Source of the DNA: an uncultured Syntrophomonadaceae bacterium | Lineage (GTDB): Bacteria > Bacillota > Dethiobacteria > DTU022 | Reading direction: 5' to 3' | Length of the DNA: 64,000 bases | Assembly (NCBI GenBank): GCA_964458455.1 | Contig: CAYWIY010000001.1 | Span: 2,303 to 66,302, forward strand | In this document: one piece after another, positions 55,578 to 64,000 of the stretch | Layout: every line of letters begins with the position of its first letter | Position numbering within the stretch: position 1 is the stretch's first letter | Translations under genes and position numbers: made by a program | The notes under the pieces: generated by a model | Databases searched by the model: none | What the model was told of the DNA's origin: nothing | The model's input: only the letters and a program-made list of their open reading frames with translations

Positions 55578-58500
55578 TTATTCTGCCCCGCAGCACTTTT
55601 TATATTTTTTGCCGCTGCCGCAGGGACACGGGGCATTGCGCCCCACTTTTTCAACAGAAACCGGTTCCTGCTTGGCCGGTTTTTCCGGCGCAGAACCGCC
55701 GGATCCAGTCCCCGCAGCAGAAGCCCGGCCTCCTCCCACTGCAGCCATCCTCTGCCTTTGCCCCCTGAGATCGGTAGCCACGGCTTCCCGCTTGGGAGCC
55801 GCCGTTACCCTTACCTGGTAAACGGCGCGGACGACATCATTTTGAACCTGGCAGATCATATCCTCAAACATTTCCGCGCTCTGCATCCGGTACTCTATCA
55901 GCGGATTTCTCTGTCCAAAAGCCTGGGTATGGATATCCCGCCGCAGGTCATGCATGACGTCGATAAAATACATCCAGTGGCGGTCAACCGTGCGCAGGAG
56001 GACCACCCTTTCTACTTCGCGCATGATCTCCGGGGTCAGTTCCTGCTCTCTTTCTTCATAGAAGGCATACGCTTCATCCCGCAGCAGTTTTTTTACATCT
56101 TCCTTTTCCTGGTCAATCAGGTTCTCCAGGGGAATATAGCCTTTTCGAGCAAAAATGTCTTCCGTCCGCTCAAGTAAAGCCCTGGCATCTTCGTCTTCCA
56201 GGAACCCTTTTTCCGCCGTATATTCTTCCACCATGCGCTCAATAATTTCATCGACCATGTCCAGGATCGGCTGCCGCATATCTTCGCCTTCCAGGACCCG
56301 GCGGCGCTGGCTGTAGATAACTTCTCGCTGCTGGTTAAGAACGTCATCATAGTCGAGCAGGTTTCGCCTGATTTCGAAGTTCCTCGATTCAACTTTTTTC
56401 TGGGCATTCTCGATACCGCGACTAACCAGGGAGTGATCGATGGGCACATCTTCTTCAACCCCGAAACGTTCCATCAAGTTGGCAATATTTTCACCGCCAA
56501 AGAGGCGCATCAGGTCATCCTCGAGCGAAACAAAAAACTGGGAAGAACCGGGATCGCCCTGGCGTCCTGCACGGCCACGAAGCTGGTTGTCGATACGGCG
56601 GCTTTCATGCCGCTCCGTTCCCAGGACATGAAGCCCCCCGGCGGCCACGACTTCTTCCCTCTGCTTCCAGCTTTCTTTTTCCGCTTCTTCCATCAATTTG
56701 GCCTGCCGCTCATCCCAGCGTTTTTGCTGCTCATCGTCCAGGTCCGGGTAGTCGGCGCCAAATTCCTTGATCAGTTGTTCCTTGACCAAATATTCCGGGT
56801 TGCCACCGAGGATAATGTCGGTCCCCCTGCCGGCCATGTTGGTCGATATAGTCACTGCGCCTTTACGGCCGGCCTGGGCAATAATATAAGCTTCCCGGGT
56901 ATGGTTAACCGCGTTTAAGACTTCATGGGGAACGCCCTCTTTTTTAAGCATTTTGCTGAGCATTTCTGATTTATCCACCGAGATGGTCCCCACCAGGACA
57001 GGCTGGCCCCGGCGCTGGCATTCCTTGATCTCTTCCACTACCGCATTAAACTTGGCCGTCTCGGTCTTGTAAATCAAATCGGACCATTCTTCGCGGATCA
57101 GGGGCTTGTTGGTAGGTATGATCACGACATCCATACCGTAAATTTTTTGGAATTCTTCTTCTTCCGTGGCCGCAGTCCCGGTCATGCCGGATATTTTGTC
57201 GTACATCCGGAAATAGTTCTGGAAAGTAATCGAAGCCACGGTCCGGGTAGCCGCCTGGACCTCTACCCCTTCCTTGGCCTCAATGGCCTGGTGCAGGCCG
57301 TCTGAATAGCGGCGGCCGGGCATAAGGCGGCCGGTGAATTCATCAACGATAACCACCTTGCCATCCTGGACAACATAATCGACATCTTTTTCAAATAAAG
57401 AATAGGCCTTGATCAGCTGGTCGAAATAGTGGCGGTGCTGCCCGGCTTCTTCTATTTCTTCAGCAGATTCAACCTCAGTATCTTCCTGTTCGTCATGGTC
57501 ATCATCAAGATAATCTTTGTCTTCTTCTTCTGCCCTGGCTTTACCCAGGCGCAGGATATTGTTCAGCTCGGGATTAACCCTTTCCAGCTCCCGGTAGCCT
57601 TTATCTTTAATATCAGCCAGCCTGGTGGTTTCATCGATGATATAATAAAGCTCTTCATCGAGGTGGGGGAGTCTTTTTTCAGTCATCAGGCGGTGCTTGG
57701 TCCGCTCCACCAGTTTTTCCACACCGGGCTCTTTCAGCATTTTCATCAGCTTCTTGTTTTTGGGAGAACCGCGCCTGGCCAGGAGCAATTTTTCACCGGC
57801 TTCTTCTTCATTGCCGGAATCAAGGTCTTTTCGGGCTTCATTCAGAAGGTCATTGATCAGCTTGCCTTGCCGGCGGATTAAGTGTTCTACTTCGCTTTTC
57901 CAGCGACCGTAATCCTCCTTGCTTTCAACCCTGCTGCTGATGATCAGGGGAGTCCGGGCTTCATCAATGAGGATGCTGTCCACTTCGTCAATTATGGCAT
58001 AATGATGACCGCGCTGGACCATCTGGTCCTTGTAAAGCACCATGTTGTCGCGCAGGTAATCAAATCCCAGCTCGTTATTGGTGGCATAAACTATATCGGC
58101 CAGGTATGCGTTGCGGCGATCTTCCTGTTCCAGGCCCTGCACTACCAGGTCTACCGAAAGACCCAGCATTTCATATACCGGTCCCATCCAGTTCCTATCT
58201 CTCCGGGCCAGGTAGTCGTTAACAGTTACAATATGGACACCTTCCCCGGTAAGGGCATTAAGGTAAGCCGGCAGGGTAGCTACAAGCGTTTTCCCTTCAC
58301 CGGTCTTCATTTCGGCTATACGGCCCTGGTGCAGAACAACAGCTCCCATAACCTGAACGTCAAATGGGCGCATGCCGGTTTGCCGCTGTGCCGCTTCCCG
58401 GGCCAAAGCAAACGCTTCAGGAAGAATATCGTCTTCACTTTCCCCTTTCTGCAGCCGTTCCCTTAAATATTCTGTCTGCTCGGGAAACTGCTCATCGGGA

Positions 58501-58610
58501 AGCGAAGAAGCCCATTGTTCCAGGGCATTGACCTGATCTACGTATTTTTGTAAGCGGCGCACCTCTTTTTCATTTGGATCGCCGAATATTTTCTTAAAAA
58601 AAGCAGCCAT
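55578..58610 (-). CDS. secA: preprotein translocase ATPase SecA
   Basis: 1010 aa. NBD1/PPXD/NBD2/HSD domains and a C-terminal zinc finger CPCGSGKKYKKCCG. An acidic insert, DKDYLDDDHDEQEDTEVESAEEIEE, lies in the PPXD region. Confidence 0.95.
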   Translation of the reverse strand: MAAFFKKIFGDPNEKEVRRLQKYVDQVNALEQWASSLPDEQFPEQTEYLRERLQKGESEDDILPEAFALAREAAQRQTGMRPFDVQVMGAVVLHQGRIAEMKTGEGKTLVATLPAYLNALTGEGVHIVTVNDYLARRDRNWMGPVYEMLGLSVDLVVQGLEQEDRRNAYLADIVYATNNELGFDYLRDNMVLYKDQMVQRGHHYAIIDEVDSILIDEARTPLIISSRVESKEDYGRWKSEVEHLIRRQGKLINDLLNEARKDLDSGNEEEAGEKLLLARRGSPKNKKLMKMLKEPGVEKLVERTKHRLMTEKRLPHLDEELYYIIDETTRLADIKDKGYRELERVNPELNNILRLGKARAEEEDKDYLDDDHDEQEDTEVESAEEIEEAGQHRHYFDQLIKAYSLFEKDVDYVVQDGKVVIVDEFTGRLMPGRRYSDGLHQAIEAKEGVEVQAATRTVASITFQNYFRMYDKISGMTGTAATEEEEFQKIYGMDVVIIPTNKPLIREEWSDLIYKTETAKFNAVVEEIKECQRRGQPVLVGTISVDKSEMLSKMLKKEGVPHEVLNAVNHTREAYIIAQAGRKGAVTISTNMAGRGTDIILGGNPEYLVKEQLIKEFGADYPDLDDEQQKRWDERQAKLMEEAEKESWKQREEVVAAGGLHVLGTERHESRRIDNQLRGRAGRQGDPGSSQFFVSLEDDLMRLFGGENIANLMERFGVEEDVPIDHSLVSRGIENAQKKVESRNFEIRRNLLDYDDVLNQQREVIYSQRRRVLEGEDMRQPILDMVDEIIERMVEEYTAEKGFLEDEDARALLERTEDIFARKGYIPLENLIDQEKEDVKKLLRDEAYAFYEEREQELTPEIMREVERVVLLRTVDRHWMYFIDVMHDLRRDIHTQAFGQRNPLIEYRMQSAEMFEDMICQVQNDVVRAVYQVRVTAAPKREAVATDLRGQRQRMAAVGGGRASAAGTGSGGSAPEKPAKQEPVSVEKVGRNAPCPCGSGKKYKKCCGAE

Positions 58611-58860
58611 GTTTGAGCTCTATAATCTCCTTTATCTTTATAATAATTAAACGCATAACGCCTGCTCCCTGAATACCCTTGCCGGCAGCAAAAAGTTGCT
58701 TCCTGCAAGCTGCAGGCAAATACAGCGCCCGGCCAGGCAGGTGCAGCCTGGAATAATTCCGGTGAATGCGCCATTTATTTATGCTACCTAATTTTATCAC
58801 ATGCTGAACCAAAGCAACAAGATTCATGAGGTTTAAGAAGCAAAGCCGGCCGCTTCAGGA

Positions 58861-59976
58861 TCAATCACTGCCCGGGGCCAGTTCACAGATCAGGGCCCAC
58901 AAGCTCCCGGATACCAGGGAGTGCCCTCCCAGGATGATCGGAATGGGGCACTCCCCGGCCAGCCTGGTAAATTCACTCAGCCAGGGATGCTCTATTTCCT
59001 GCCATAAGCCCAGGTCGGATAAAAACCGTTCCCGGTCGGAGAATTCATACTTGTAATGGTACATCAGCACCCTGCTGTCGATAAAAGCACAGCGGGCCAC
59101 CCGTGGAAGGTAATCAAACAAATTTTCCAACCCGGCATGGTCGAGAAGGAGTCCGAGCAGGGAGATTACCTCCTTGGACTCAATGCGTCCCAAAGATTTC
59201 ATGCCCCGTTCCTCGGAAAAAACCCGCAGACGAAGTTTCAACAGGGCATTAAGGCGCTCAATCACCGGGGCCCCCACCCTGCCGATCAAGGCTACATCTT
59301 CATACTCGTCTTTTAGAACTGCTTTTGCCGCCGCCAGCTTGCTGCCATCCAGCCCCAGGCTGTCCAGGGCTTGCCTGGTGCGCGGGCCGGCAAAAGGCCC
59401 TTCACCAAGGACCAGCAGATCGGCCGGGGTATCGATATCGAACAGCAGGCCCAGGGTGTGGGGCATGAGCTCCATCTCCAGCCCCAGCTGATCACGCAGG
59501 GTCATGGCCAGGCTGTTATCCTTAGCCGGCAGTTCGGCGCTGCCAAAATTTTCGGGTACCGTAAAAGCGATCATGTCAACCGACTGGGTATTGTTGGTAT
59601 AAACAAACTGCTCTCGATCGAGCAGTTTGCGGCAGATCATATTCAGTTCTGTCACTGTTACCAGGGGGCATCCCGCACCGTTCAGGCAAAAAACCTTTTC
59701 CAGCCCGTGCTGCTTTACCGCTGCCTGTAATTCCCGGCCATAGTGAAATTGATCTGTGGCCGTAAAATTAAGCAGGACTCTTGCTCCCAGTTCTTCGGCA
59801 GACTCCACCAGTTCCGGCCGGTTGGTATGCAGGTAGACCTCTTCCAGGAGGGGAACCTGTTGCATTTTTTCCAGGTTGTCAAGCAGCGCTGCCTGGCGAA
59901 CCTGAACCATCATTTCTTCAACCCGGCTTTGCGGCCGGGAACCTTCAAAAATTACTGCGCTTACTTTCTTCTCCAT
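58861..59976 (-). CDS. hypothetical 371-aa protein; N-terminal half has CofC/MobA-like nucleotidyltransferase motifs, C-terminal half unrecognised
   Basis: SAVIFEGSRPQSRV is similar to CofC LIPVKRLSSAKSRL, and DIDTPADL matches the NTP-transferase DIDTPEDL motif. No motif was recognised in residues ~215-371. RBS GAGG. This is a weak, by-eye assignment. Confidence 0.4.
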   Translation of the reverse strand: MEKKVSAVIFEGSRPQSRVEEMMVQVRQAALLDNLEKMQQVPLLEEVYLHTNRPELVESAEELGARVLLNFTATDQFHYGRELQAAVKQHGLEKVFCLNGAGCPLVTVTELNMICRKLLDREQFVYTNNTQSVDMIAFTVPENFGSAELPAKDNSLAMTLRDQLGLEMELMPHTLGLLFDIDTPADLLVLGEGPFAGPRTRQALDSLGLDGSKLAAAKAVLKDEYEDVALIGRVGAPVIERLNALLKLRLRVFSEERGMKSLGRIESKEVISLLGLLLDHAGLENLFDYLPRVARCAFIDSRVLMYHYKYEFSDRERFLSDLGLWQEIEHPWLSEFTRLAGECPIPIILGGHSLVSGSLWALICELAPGSD

Positions 59977-60046
59977 AGTTCTGAACCTCTTCCCGGGGCA
60001 GGCCAGGTAACCGGGAGGCCTGCCTTACCGGACAAAACCAGATCAT

Positions 60047-60586
60047 TTATTCAGGTTCAATCAGCCCGTAATTACCGTCTTTACGGCGATAGACAACATT
60101 AGTGGCATCAGTTTCGGCATTGGCAAAGACGAAAAAGTTATGACCCAGTAAATCCATCTGCAGAATCGCTTCTTCTACAGTCATAGGCTTTAGAGGAAAC
60201 CGCTTGGTCCTTACTACCTGGGGCCTGTCTTCTTCTTCAGCCTCCTCAGCTTCAATAGCCGCCTGCTGCTCATTCAAATTTTTAACACCCTGCTGCCGTT
60301 TCTGCTTGTGCATGCGGGTTTTATATTTTTTAATTTGCCGTTCCAGCTTATCAACAACCTGATCTATTGAAGCATACATATCCCCGGTTGATTCTTCGCC
60401 GCGCAGGATCATGCCATTCAGGTTGACGGTTACTTCTACAATATGTTCTTCGCGAATAATGCTCATTACGACCTGGACGTCGGCATTCGTGTCAAAATGC
60501 TTGTCCAGCTTGCCCAATTTCTTATTGGCATAGTCGACCAGTGAAGGGGTAGCATCGATGTTTTTTCCGCGAACATTTATTTTCAT
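60047..60586 (-). CDS. hpf: ribosome hibernation-promoting factor (long HPF)
   Basis: MKINVRGKNIDATPSLVDYANKKLGKLDKHF…, a central acidic/basic linker and a C-terminal dimerisation domain. ATG at 60586 with GGGAGG upstream. Confidence 0.9.
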   Translation of the reverse strand: MKINVRGKNIDATPSLVDYANKKLGKLDKHFDTNADVQVVMSIIREEHIVEVTVNLNGMILRGEESTGDMYASIDQVVDKLERQIKKYKTRMHKQKRQQGVKNLNEQQAAIEAEEAEEEDRPQVVRTKRFPLKPMTVEEAILQMDLLGHNFFVFANAETDATNVVYRRKDGNYGLIEPE

Positions 60587-60772
60587 TACGATCAACCTCC
60601 CATTTAATATAGAACTCTATATTACTACATTAAGTATTCCCCAGTCCAGTAGAAAATCCTGCCTAAATAATTTGTTACCGCTATCAGCCGTGCATTATTT
60701 TGGACAGGTGACATTGCGCTAGAGCGGTTGCAATGGCCGGCGAAGCAAAGGTTGTAGCTGGTCAGCATATTA

Positions 60773-61642
60773 CTACCATTTGTCCAGGCCGCCGTAAAAC
60801 CCGTTACTCTGCATAACCCTGGTATTGGGGTTATAAGCAAGAGCTGCACCGTAAACTATAGCCCCGGAAAGGCTCAGAATTGATGCCGCTTCTTTCATAG
60901 TCGAGCCGGTGGAATAAACATCATCAACCAGCAGCACCTTTGTCCCGGAGTAATCACCCTGCAGGCACCTGAAAGCCCCGCGAACATTTTCATGCCTTTC
61001 CCGGCGAGAAATTGAAGTCTGGGAACGGGTCTGCTTTTCTTTAATCAGCAGCTTGCGGAAGGGGATTTTGAGTGAACGGGCAGTGTGGCGCGCCAGGAGG
61101 GCGGCCTGGTTATAACCCCTTTCTTTTTCCCGCACAGGATGAAGGGGAACAGGCACAACCAGCCCGGGGTTGCAGTAATCATGGTCGATGATTTCTCCGG
61201 CCAACCAGGTCGCCAGGGGAGCAATAACCGCCTTCCGGTTCTTGTACTTTAGATCGTGCACCAGGCGCCGCCAGCGTGAATCGTAAAGGGCAATCACAAA
61301 CAGGCCGCGCAGGGGCATTTCTTCCACCGGGCAAAAACAGGGCGCTTTTCCCCGAAAAACACCCTCACACCAGGGACAGATCCTGCCGCCGGGTTTATAA
61401 AACTGCAGGCAGGCAGTGCAAAGAGGCCGCCGGTTTGGGGCGGGCAGCACCTCCCTGCAGAACAAGCACCGCCGGGGAAAGAGGTAACTGGCAGCTATGT
61501 CAAGCAGGCCCGGTGGTGAATCGCAAGCGCGAGAAGGACCACCTGGCACACAGTATTTCCCGGCACTATCATTGCCGGTTTTTTTACTCCCTGCCCTGGT
61601 GGAAGGCTTTTCCCCCGGGTTAATACCCCGGCCGGGCATCAA
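60773..61642 (-). CDS. comFC: ComF-family protein (ComFC, phosphoribosyltransferase-type competence protein)
   Basis: N-terminal zinc ribbon (CLFC…CTAC…CPWC) and a PRTase domain (…VLLVDDVYSTGSTM…). The start overlaps the recD2 stop as ATGA. Confidence 0.8.
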   Translation of the reverse strand: MMPGRGINPGEKPSTRAGSKKTGNDSAGKYCVPGGPSRACDSPPGLLDIAASYLFPRRCLFCREVLPAPNRRPLCTACLQFYKPGGRICPWCEGVFRGKAPCFCPVEEMPLRGLFVIALYDSRWRRLVHDLKYKNRKAVIAPLATWLAGEIIDHDYCNPGLVVPVPLHPVREKERGYNQAALLARHTARSLKIPFRKLLIKEKQTRSQTSISRRERHENVRGAFRCLQGDYSGTKVLLVDDVYSTGSTMKEAASILSLSGAIVYGAALAYNPNTRVMQSNGFYGGLDKW

Positions 61643-63852
61643 TCGAGTTCCTCCATTTTAAGGCGCCCGTCTAAAAAGGTGTACCTGTCTTCAGCCCTGG
61701 TATTGCGGACTGCAATGGCCAGGGCCTTTTTGCTTCCAACCAGCACAGCCAGCTTTTTGGCCCTGGTAATCCCGGTATAAAGCAGGTTTCTCTGCAGAAG
61801 CATGTAATGCTGGGTTAATACAGGCATAATGATAACCGGGTATTCACTGCCCTGGCTTTTGTGGACTGAAACGGCATAGGATAGGACCAGTTCATCAAGT
61901 TCAGTAAAATCATAAACCACCGGCCTGTCCATGAGCACATCACGGAAGGTGACAACCAGTTCAGCCGTTTCCCGGTCGATAGCTGTAACCAGCCCGATGT
62001 CACCGTTAAAAACTTCTTTCTGGTAATTGTTGCGGATCTGCATGACCTTATCCCCCAGGCGAAAAACATTACCCCGGGAAGCGGTTTCGATTTTATCCCG
62101 TCCAGGGGGGTTCAAGGCCTGCTGCAGCAAAATATTAAGCCGGTCCACCCCGGCCGCTGTTTTACGCATTGGGGTGAGGACCTGCAGGTCAAGGAGAGGA
62201 TCGTAAGGGCCGTAGTTGGGCAGCCTTTCCCGGCACAGCTGCACGACCAGTTCTGCAGATTGCTCTGGATCTTCTTCATGCATGAAAAAGAAATCTTTTC
62301 TCTTCACGTTCAGGTAAGGCATCTCACCCTGGTTGACCCGGTGGGCATTTAAGACAATCATGCTTTCCCGGGCCTGGCGGAATATGTAACCGAGGCGAAA
62401 ACACTGGAGCTCACCGGAACCAATCAGGTCACGCAGAACATTGCCAGCACCTACTGCCGGAAGCTGATCGACATCACCAACCATGATCAAGCGGCAGCCG
62501 GAAGGCAGCGCTTTAAGCAGGTTATGCATCAGCAACAGGTCAACCATGGAAGCCTCATCAATAATTACAACCCGGGCATCAACAGGATTATCCTCGTTAC
62601 GTTTAAAAGTAAATCCTTCTCCTTCGACAAAACTGTATTCCAGGAGGCGGTGAATGGTGAAAGCTTCCTGGCCGGTAGCTTCGGTCACTCTTTTTGCGGC
62701 CCGGCCTGTAGGGGCTGCCAATAGCACTTTCTGCCTGAGCAGTTTGAAGGTGGAAAGTAAAGCCTTGATCGTGGTAGTTTTCCCGGTCCCGGGGCCGCCG
62801 GTAACAATCAGAACCCCGTTATGCAAGGCTTCATCGAGAACTTGCAGCTGTTCCTCGGTTAAATGGGGATAATCATGCTTAACAGATCCCAGGGCCTGGC
62901 TCGTTTCAATGGGAGTATAAGGTTGAGCAAGCTTACTTAAACGGAGGAGCAGGCGAGCAGAATTTTTTTCAGCATAATAAAATGGAGCGTAATAAACAGC
63001 TTCCGTATCTGCAAGCTGTTCGCAAAACAATCTTTTTTGTTTGACCATCTCCCGGAGCTGCCGGTCCAGGTAAGGTTCGCCAATGTTTTCATCAGCGCCG
63101 TCAAGCAGTTCTTTGACTCGTTCAAACAAAACTTCACGGGGCAGGTAAACATGACCCTGCTCGGCAGCCCGGCTGAGGGTGTAAGCAATAGAAGCCTGGA
63201 TCCTTTCCGGCGCATCTTTCGGCAAACCCAGCTTGAGGGCAATTTTATCCGCTGTTTTAAAACCGACCCCAAATATGTCATCAGCCATGCGGTAGGGATT
63301 TTCCTTGACCTGCCGGATGGTGTCAGAACCGTAGCGGCGATAAAGCCGCATCGCCTGGCTGACACCGATCCCGTAGCCCTGCAGAAAAACCAGCACATTT
63401 TGAACGTCTTTGTACTGCCGGTAACTCTTCAAGATGTCGGCAGCCTTCCTGGCCCCGATACCTTCGACTTCCTGCAGCCGGCCCGGTTCATATTCCATAA
63501 TATCCAGGGTGTCCAGGCCGAAATGATCGACTATCTTGTCAGCGGTAACCGGCCCGATCCCTTTGATCAAGCCTGAAGAAAGGTAGCGTTTGAGGCCTTC
63601 CTCGGTAGCCGGCAGCAACCGCTCCCATTGATCTACTGCCAGCTGGCGCCCATAACGGGGGTGCACCTGCCACTGGCCCTTTATGAGCAGGTTTTCTCCT
63701 TCCTGCATAGGTGGGAAATTGCCCACAATAGTAACAGTTTTGCTGTCACGGCAGCGCAGAACACCTACCAGGTAGGAGCTCTCATCACTGTAAAACCTGA
63801 TCTTTTCCAGGGTTCCTTCAATTCGCTCCAGGAAAACGCCCTCCTGCATCAT
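61639..63852 (-). CDS. recD2: ATP-dependent RecD-like DNA helicase (RecD2/YrrC)
   Basis: N-terminal HhH region, Walker A (VTGGPGTGKTT), an SF1 helicase core and a C-terminal SH3-like domain. Confidence 0.85.
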   Translation of the reverse strand: MMQEGVFLERIEGTLEKIRFYSDESSYLVGVLRCRDSKTVTIVGNFPPMQEGENLLIKGQWQVHPRYGRQLAVDQWERLLPATEEGLKRYLSSGLIKGIGPVTADKIVDHFGLDTLDIMEYEPGRLQEVEGIGARKAADILKSYRQYKDVQNVLVFLQGYGIGVSQAMRLYRRYGSDTIRQVKENPYRMADDIFGVGFKTADKIALKLGLPKDAPERIQASIAYTLSRAAEQGHVYLPREVLFERVKELLDGADENIGEPYLDRQLREMVKQKRLFCEQLADTEAVYYAPFYYAEKNSARLLLRLSKLAQPYTPIETSQALGSVKHDYPHLTEEQLQVLDEALHNGVLIVTGGPGTGKTTTIKALLSTFKLLRQKVLLAAPTGRAAKRVTEATGQEAFTIHRLLEYSFVEGEGFTFKRNEDNPVDARVVIIDEASMVDLLLMHNLLKALPSGCRLIMVGDVDQLPAVGAGNVLRDLIGSGELQCFRLGYIFRQARESMIVLNAHRVNQGEMPYLNVKRKDFFFMHEEDPEQSAELVVQLCRERLPNYGPYDPLLDLQVLTPMRKTAAGVDRLNILLQQALNPPGRDKIETASRGNVFRLGDKVMQIRNNYQKEVFNGDIGLVTAIDRETAELVVTFRDVLMDRPVVYDFTELDELVLSYAVSVHKSQGSEYPVIIMPVLTQHYMLLQRNLLYTGITRAKKLAVLVGSKKALAIAVRNTRAEDRYTFLDGRLKMEELD

Positions 63853-63864
63853 CGGTCCGTCATT

Positions 63865-63958
63865 ATTTTCTCCACCACACCTGCCCTCTCCCCATTGGGA
63901 AGAGGGCAGGTGTAAGTAGTTCTTAATCTCATCTCCGCTGCACTCCGGTTAGCGGAGA
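63865..63958. other. two strong inverted repeats upstream of recD2
   Basis: CACCTGCCCTCT-N12-AGAGGGCAGGTG (12-bp arms) and ATCTCCGCT-N11-AGCGGAGAT (9-bp arms). Neither has a clear U-tract on either strand. Confidence 0.3.
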
Positions 63959-64000
63959 TTCATGCTTTATTCAATGTATCAAACTTGAAGCCTAACCTCA

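Noticed and set aside
55225-55821. 198-aa plus-strand ORF across the prfB/secA junction
   Set aside because: It is antisense to two essential genes and has Ser-rich low-complexity sequence.

Overview
Nearly all of this 64 kb window is conserved chromosomal core from a Gram-positive Firmicute; gene order suggests Clostridia, possibly a Peptococcaceae-like lineage (inference). About 90% of genes are on the minus strand and overall GC is near 50%. I see no transposase, integrase, CRISPR array or recognisable defence system. If there is an exciting system here, it is not a classical mobile or defence island.

Identifiable core blocks, in window order:
- tkt
- two tandem SLC13/TrkA-C permeases behind a DUF4097 lipoprotein
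- an M28 peptidase, Na+/solute symporter and two amidohydrolases
- tRNA-Val
- a Wzy_C/TPR membrane protein with a beta-helix lipoprotein
- tRNA-Ala
- perR-katG
- ssrA (tmRNA) and smpB
- a nitroreductase and rnr
- secG-eno-gpmI-tpiA-pgk, with rpoN directly upstream of pgk and no gap/cggR
- whiA and rapZ, with no yvcK
- a Cof-type hydrolase
- uvrC-uvrA-uvrB
- a PDZ membrane protein, ctpA, an M23 peptidase, ftsX and ftsE
- yitT
- prfB, carrying the classic programmed +1 frameshift
- secA
- an unknown 371-aa protein
- hpf, comFC and a recD2-type helicase

Observations most worth a second look:
1. An msrA whose catalytic Cys codon is an in-frame TGA. It reads as G-U-FWG with a GC-rich hairpin just downstream, so this is a candidate selenocysteine MsrA, apparently carrying an N-terminal membrane anchor.
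2. A peptidase/transporter/amidohydrolase module at about 13.5-18.1 kb that appears AT-richer than its flanks and abuts tRNA-Val. It carries a near-consensus sigma-54 -24/-12 promoter with two upstream palindromes, and a truncated amidohydrolase remnant lies nearby.
3. Three copies of a conserved ~29-nt CCCCGTCCCC-core hairpin bracketing the perR-katG module, between tRNA-Ala and ssrA.
4. An uncharacterised 371-aa ORF between secA and hpf whose N-terminal half shows nucleotidyltransferase-like motifs (CofC/MobA type).

All calls are from reading the sequence and ORF translations by eye. No database searches were run.
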